DNA of 48,667 bases from Hydrurus foetidus. Its lineage: Eukaryota. The stretch is taken from assembly GCA_900617105.1 (NCBI GenBank), contig UYFQ01000341.1, forward strand, positions 1 to 48,667, read 5' to 3'. Each line of letters starts with the position of its first letter. The stretch's first letter is position 1. Under the pieces are notes generated by a model. That model was not told the DNA's origin. It ran no database searches and was given only the letters and a program-made list of their open reading frames with translations. Shown piece after piece: positions 48,399 to 48,667 of the stretch. The position numbers and the translations under genes were made by a program.

Positions 48399-48667
48399 AC
48401 TGTTCGTAAACTGTAATGATGCACAAGCTACCAGATGTTAAGTGGCAAATCACTTGATAGATGTGTAAACTGTATAGAATCTAGCAGTAGCTGATAATTG
48501 TATTTCGTACATTAGGTAGGTCTCGAAGAGAATTATGTATTCGTACTCCAGTATTAATTGTAGAACTCATTTATGTAAGTAACTTCTACTCTTTTGAATC
48601 GTCTATACTGATATACAGCACATCTAATTCCTCATTAAAAGTAGATAAATCATTCAATTCATTTCTA

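Overview
Intron-rich eukaryotic nuclear DNA, most likely from a plastid-bearing stramenopile (ochrophyte; inferred from a bipartite signal plus A-S-F transit motif on a plastid-type EngA). Gene models were built by hand from splice sites and reading phase. In order: (1) an EF-hand plus WD40-repeat gene on the minus strand, running off the left edge. It is disrupted by a ~4.6 kb near-identical duplication (5840-10495 vs 11640-16185), has a GC-AG intron and carries an intronic tRNA-Arg(UCU). (2) A NEK/NIMA-like kinase (-). (3) A GNAT-fold protein (+). (4) A ZDHHC1/11-like palmitoyltransferase (-). (5) A plastid EngA/Der GTPase (-). (6) A TA-flanked MITE. (7) A very young, full-length Ty3/Gypsy chromovirus (39860-46037, minus) with 273-bp LTRs differing at 1 nt and a 4-bp TSD, inserted ~290 bp upstream of (8) the first three exons of the RNA polymerase III largest subunit (+). 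The most unusual signals are the retrotransposon's lack of a tRNA primer-binding site, replaced by a perfect 14-bp palindrome between two hairpins (possible tRNA-independent priming), and a consistent G-rich-after-donor / C-rich-before-acceptor polarity of simple repeats inside introns. Most short ORFs in the supplied track are antisense or microsatellite artefacts.
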